Of a stretch of DNA of 64,000 nt, positions 60,257 to 64,000 are shown piece after piece. The position numbers and the translations under genes were made by a program. The stretch covers positions 1 through 64,000 of the forward strand of contig JAQCIU010000011.1 in the NCBI GenBank assembly GCA_027593235.1, written 5' to 3'. The notes beneath the pieces were generated by a model. That model had not been told where the DNA came from and did no database searches. It saw nothing but the letters and a program-made list of their open reading frames with translations. How positions within the stretch are numbered: the first letter of the stretch is position 1; every line of letters starts with the position of its first letter. The stretch is from Chloroflexota bacterium. GTDB lineage: Bacteria > Chloroflexota > Dehalococcoidia > UBA2979.

Positions 60257-60705
60257 GACATCTTCGCGATCTGGTCGGCGTGATCGTTCAGGTGCCATGT
60301 GGCGTGGGCGAGTACGGCGTCGAGGGTGTTCGGGAGCTCGCCAGCATTGAGGTCGGCTGGCCTCACCAGGTCGGCATCGCTCGCGTTGGCGATCGTACTG
60401 TCGACCAACGCGCCGCCGCTATCGAGAGCAGACACCGCTTCGGCGCTGCTGGCCAGCGAGAGTCGAGCCGGCACGTTGGGATCACCGGTCTGCGTGTACT
60501 TCTCGGCTGCTGGTTCACCGCGCATCGCGGCGACAGCGATCCCCGCGAGCCCGGTGTCACGCTCGATGCAATGCTCGGCCGCGCGCCTCGGCGTCCAGCC
60601 GTCGTCGTCTGCCACTTCCCATCGGTCGCCGACGGCGGTGAGCGCCTCACGGAGTTTCAATCGGGCAGTGGTGAGTGCTTGATGACGGTCGTCGGCGGTT
60701 GGCAT
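60253..60705 (-). CDS. DinB/YfiT-like protein
   Basis: GWTPRRAAEH...HATWHLNDHADQI. Confidence 0.75.
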   Translation of the reverse strand: MPTADDRHQALTTARLKLREALTAVGDRWEVADDDGWTPRRAAEHCIERDTGLAGIAVAAMRGEPAAEKYTQTGDPNVPARLSLASSAEAVSALDSGGALVDSTIANASDADLVRPADLNAGELPNTLDAVLAHATWHLNDHADQIAKMS

Positions 60706-60968
60706 GTCTGTGCTCCTCGATCCCCACGGCCGCGCTCCGTGCGACGTCGGCGCGGGCGTCGCCGGCACTCTACCGCGAAGCGCGACAGACCGAGGCGGCG
60801 TGGAGCACTCGCTGCGCGCGAAGCGTGATCTACTTACTCGGCCGCGTCAGCATTCGGTTGGGCGGTGGAGCGTGACTGGGCGTCTGCCGCCTCGCTTCCC
60901 GGGCCGCCAGATCGCAAACGCACGTCTCTATAGGGTGGCTGCGTGGATCTGCGCGTCGGTGTCGAGGA

Positions 60969-62180
60969 GTGGCGATGAGCGAGGGACCGTTGGACGACCT
61001 GAAGGTCGTCGAGGTGGCGAACTGGCTGGCGGCTCCCGGCGCCGCCGCGATGATGGCCGACATGGGCGCCGACGTGGTGAAGATCGAGCCGCCCAACGGT
61101 GACTTCTACCGCGGCTACCAGGTGTTCCAGCGCGGCAACGGCGGCGTGAACTTCAACTTCGAGCTGGAGAATCGAGGCAAGCGCTCAGTCACCGTCGACC
61201 TCCGCGAGCACGCCGGTGCCGAGGTGGTGCTGCGCCTCTGCCGCGACGCCGATGTCTTTCTCACCAACCTGGTCCCGGAGCGCTACGAGCGCTACGGCCT
61301 GACCTACGATGCGGTGCGCGAGGCGAATCCACGCATCGTCTACGCCGCCGTCACCGGCTACGGCACGCGCGGCGCGAACGCGAACAAGCCCGGCTTCGAC
61401 GCCTCGGCATTCTGGGCGGCGTCGGGAATCATGGGGCTGATGGGCGAAGCCGGCGCGAACCCGGTGCACAGCCGCGGTGGGCAGGGCGACCACCCGACGG
61501 GGGTGATTGCGCTGGCCGGCATCCTGGCCGCCGTCCACATGCGCGACCGTACCGGCGAAGCGCAGTTCGTCGATGTGACGCTGCAGCGGTCCGGCCTCTG
61601 GACGATCGCGGCTGACATGCAGCAGTACCTGGCCGGCCTGGGTGAGCGCACGAAGCAGGACCGCACGAAGCAGGGGATGGTGAGCTGGAACTCGTACCGC
61701 ACCAGCGACGACCGCTGGGTGATGCTGGTGATGAACGACCCACCTCGCTACTGGGACCGCTTCGCCCGCTGCATGGGGCACGAGGACTGGGTGGGCGACA
61801 GCCGCTACACCACCACCCCGCAGCTCCTCGATCACGGCGTGGCGCTGATCCCGGAGATCGACGCGATCTTCGCCGAACACGACCTCGCGTACTGGTCAGC
61901 CCGCCTCGATGAATACGAGTGCCTGTGGGCCCCCGCGCAGTCGATTCCGGAGGTGGCCGCCGATCCGCAGCTCCGCGAGATGGGCGCATTCGCGACCGTC
62001 GAGCGCCCCGACGGCAGCAGTTACGAGACGGTCGCCACCCCGTTCGAGATCCTCGATGCCGACGTGCGGCCTCGAGGCCCCGCGCCGGACGTGGGCGCGC
62101 ATACGCACGAGGTGCTTAGCGAAGCGGGCTTCTCGAGCGACGAGATCGCCGCACTCGCCGAACAGCGGGTCTTCGGCTAA
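60969..62180 (+). CDS. CoA-transferase family III (CaiB/BaiF)
   Basis: GPLDDLKVVE, GADVVKIEP, NRGKRS, GFD, GDH, APDVGAHT motifs. Confidence 0.92.
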   Translation: MAMSEGPLDDLKVVEVANWLAAPGAAAMMADMGADVVKIEPPNGDFYRGYQVFQRGNGGVNFNFELENRGKRSVTVDLREHAGAEVVLRLCRDADVFLTNLVPERYERYGLTYDAVREANPRIVYAAVTGYGTRGANANKPGFDASAFWAASGIMGLMGEAGANPVHSRGGQGDHPTGVIALAGILAAVHMRDRTGEAQFVDVTLQRSGLWTIAADMQQYLAGLGERTKQDRTKQGMVSWNSYRTSDDRWVMLVMNDPPRYWDRFARCMGHEDWVGDSRYTTTPQLLDHGVALIPEIDAIFAEHDLAYWSARLDEYECLWAPAQSIPEVAADPQLREMGAFATVERPDGSSYETVATPFEILDADVRPRGPAPDVGAHTHEVLSEAGFSSDEIAALAEQRVFG

Positions 62181-62181
62181 C

Positions 62182-62212
62182 GGCCTCTTCGAGGCTCAAC
62201 GACCCTTCGGGC
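62182..62212 (+). repeat. REP-like double-hairpin element
   Basis: GGCCTC-TTCG-AGGCTCAACGACCC-TTCG-GGC; near-identical copies at 63423 (+) and 63494 (-). Confidence 0.7.
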
Positions 62213-62263
62213 CTGTTGTCGGAGTACCGAGGGCGGGGCGGGAGTATCGAGGAGGAACTGCGG

Positions 62264-63421
62264 GTGGCCTCGGAGTCCGGCGGAACGGCGGGGGAGATGC
62301 ACGGGCCGGATCCCGATCGCGTGGTCGTGCGCTACGTCGGTGTCGAGGACATCGAGCCGATCACGGAGCACATGCTGCGCTGCTTCGATCGCTGGCCGCC
62401 ATTCGCGATCGACTGTTCGGTCAGTGACCACCTGCACTGGAAGCTCTCCGCGAACGAGGAATCCTGGGCACAGCAGATCGTCGCCACGCTGGACGATGAC
62501 CGTAGCTACGTCGTGGCGCTGGCAATCCGGATTCGACGCCCGGGCTGGCTGCGCGGTCGCGACTGCGTGGTGTTGGACATCGTCGATCAGTCGGTGCACC
62601 CGGACTGGCGGCAGATCCGCATCAACGAGAAGCGGACTGACGTCCGCGACCGCGATGGTCACGACACGCATGACTTCCAGACCGCATGGCTGCCACACCA
62701 CCCGGTGACGCGAAGGAGGAACCTGCGCCGCGCCGAGCTGGGCAACGCGGTCTTCGTCTTTTGGAAGCCGGCCACCCTGCGCACCCGCTTCTCCGTGCCC
62801 TACCGCACCGCCGGTGCGCGCCACGTCGCGCGCGTGGTCCTCGACGACCTACGCCGCCGCGCGCGGCGTCTGTTTGAGGTGCTACGGCCGGTCCGAGGCA
62901 GCCCGTTCGCCGGCGAAGTCCGCGACCTGCCGCGCTTCGACGACCGCACCGACGCAGTCTGGGACGCCGCGAAGCCGTGGTTCGAGTTCTCGCTGGCGCG
63001 CACGCAGGACTACATGAACTGGCGCTACGCCGACCCGCGCTCCGGCCGCTTCCTCACCCGCGCGGTATTCGAGGGCGATCAGCTCCTCGGCTACTGCGTG
63101 ACGAAGCCGTACGCGGACCCAATCGAGATCGTCGATGTGCTGGTGCGTCCCGGCCGCTTTGACGCGCTGGACGCGCTGATTGCCGATGTCGTCGCGATGA
63201 ACGAGCGGACGGCCGCCGACGGCCGCGTGCGTGACATCCACTGCTGGCTCCCGGGACGGCACCCGTACGTAGCGGTGCTACGCGCTCGCGGGTTCCTCGA
63301 TTCCGGGCGCGATCCGAGTCTGCGTTACCAGCCGAACATTGTTACGGCGGACGAGCTGGCATTCCTCGGAGACCCCGCGACGTCAGTCCACGTCACGCAA
63401 GGCGACTCCGACTTCGTCTGA
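62264..63421 (+). CDS. Double-GNAT-like protein, paralog 4
   Basis: Same motif series, ending GDSDFV; GAGGAGG RBS before GTG 62264. Confidence 0.8.
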   Translation: MASESGGTAGEMHGPDPDRVVVRYVGVEDIEPITEHMLRCFDRWPPFAIDCSVSDHLHWKLSANEESWAQQIVATLDDDRSYVVALAIRIRRPGWLRGRDCVVLDIVDQSVHPDWRQIRINEKRTDVRDRDGHDTHDFQTAWLPHHPVTRRRNLRRAELGNAVFVFWKPATLRTRFSVPYRTAGARHVARVVLDDLRRRARRLFEVLRPVRGSPFAGEVRDLPRFDDRTDAVWDAAKPWFEFSLARTQDYMNWRYADPRSGRFLTRAVFEGDQLLGYCVTKPYADPIEIVDVLVRPGRFDALDALIADVVAMNERTAADGRVRDIHCWLPGRHPYVAVLRARGFLDSGRDPSLRYQPNIVTADELAFLGDPATSVHVTQGDSDFV

Positions 63422-63422
63422 C

Positions 63423-63523
63423 GGCACCTTCGGTGCTCAACGACCCTTCGGGGCGGCTAACGATCGTTTTGAGCTGGAGACGGCAGCGGCAGGCTCGAAG
63501 GGTCGTTAAGCGCCGAAGGCGCC
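63423..63523. repeat. Inverted pair of REP-like elements
   Basis: GGCACCTTCGGTGCTCAACGACCCTTCG at 63423 (+) and the reverse complement of GGCGCCTTCGGCGCTTAACGACCCTTCG at about 63496-63523. Confidence 0.75.
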
Positions 63524-64000
63524 CTAGTCGGTGCGGAGGCGGTGCCCGGCCTCGATGACGCGCGCTGCTTCCTCGATGGTGGTTGCGATGATCGCGGCTG
63601 CGCCTTTGTGCTGTTTCAGCATGCCGGCGATCGGGCCGGCGTAGGCCGGGGTTGGGTCGTGGTTCTCGGGCGCTGCCGTCGGATCGGCCGCAAGAGCGGC
63701 CACCAGCTCAGCCTCGCGCGACGCCCAGCGGTCCAGGAACGGCGTTCGGATCGAACGTGCGCCGATGCCGTTGGGCCAGCGGGAGGTGCCGCCGCCCTGC
63801 ACGATGTCGATCGCCGTGGTCCAGACGGTGTCGGACGACGAAGCCGCCAACACCTGGCCGGGCAGGTTGGGCCACGCACTCGTTGCCTCGTTCGAGACGA
63901 TGAAGCGGGTGCCCATCAGCGCGCCCTGCGCGCCCAGCATCAGTGCCGCGGCGAGCCCTCGGCCGTCGCCGATGCCGCCCGCGGCGAGCACCGGAATCGT
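63524..64000 (-). CDS. Nitronate monooxygenase / enoyl-ACP reductase II family (5'-partial, runs off the window)
   Basis: IPVLAAGGIGDGRGLAAAL.LGA.G..MGTRF. Confidence 0.88.
   Translation of the reverse strand, partial: TIPVLAAGGIGDGRGLAAALMLGAQGALMGTRFIVSNEATSAWPNLPGQVLAASSSDTVWTTAIDIVQGGGTSRWPNGIGARSIRTPFLDRWASREAELVAALAADPTAAPENHDPTPAYAGPIAGMLKQHKGAAAIIATTIEEAARVIEAGHRLRTD

Overview
High-GC bacterial chromosomal window with about 58 CDS, one tRNA-Arg(CCT) and no rRNA, CRISPR array, IS element or prophage that I can recognise. Gene content (several CaiB/BaiF CoA-transferases, F420/LLM oxidoreductases, class II RNR, monomeric IDH, an MCP) tentatively suggests a heterotrophic Chloroflexota/Dehalococcoidia-like or actinobacterial-like organism; this is inference only. 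Recognisable modules: nrdJ; a CP-ATP-grasp/alpha-E/transglutaminase/Anbu operon; an imelysin/di-heme/HTTM iron-type locus; an LLM/ACAD/FMN-reductase organosulfur cassette; a DEAD-box helicase; and five related double-GNAT-like proteins. The strongest unannotated signal is a 100-aa gene at 5982-6284 that the ORF track splits. It has two in-frame UGA codons, each followed about 20 nt downstream by a SECIS-like hairpin, so it is a candidate two-selenocysteine protein. Other points of interest are a lipoprotein-LysM-TM-degenerate-EAL fusion with a sigma28-like promoter, two in-frame amber codons that both lie in CTAGG, REP-like UUCG hairpin repeats, and a chimeric junction near 31990. Several frameshifts suggest some lesions could be assembly errors. 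All family calls come from motif recognition by eye; no database searches were run.
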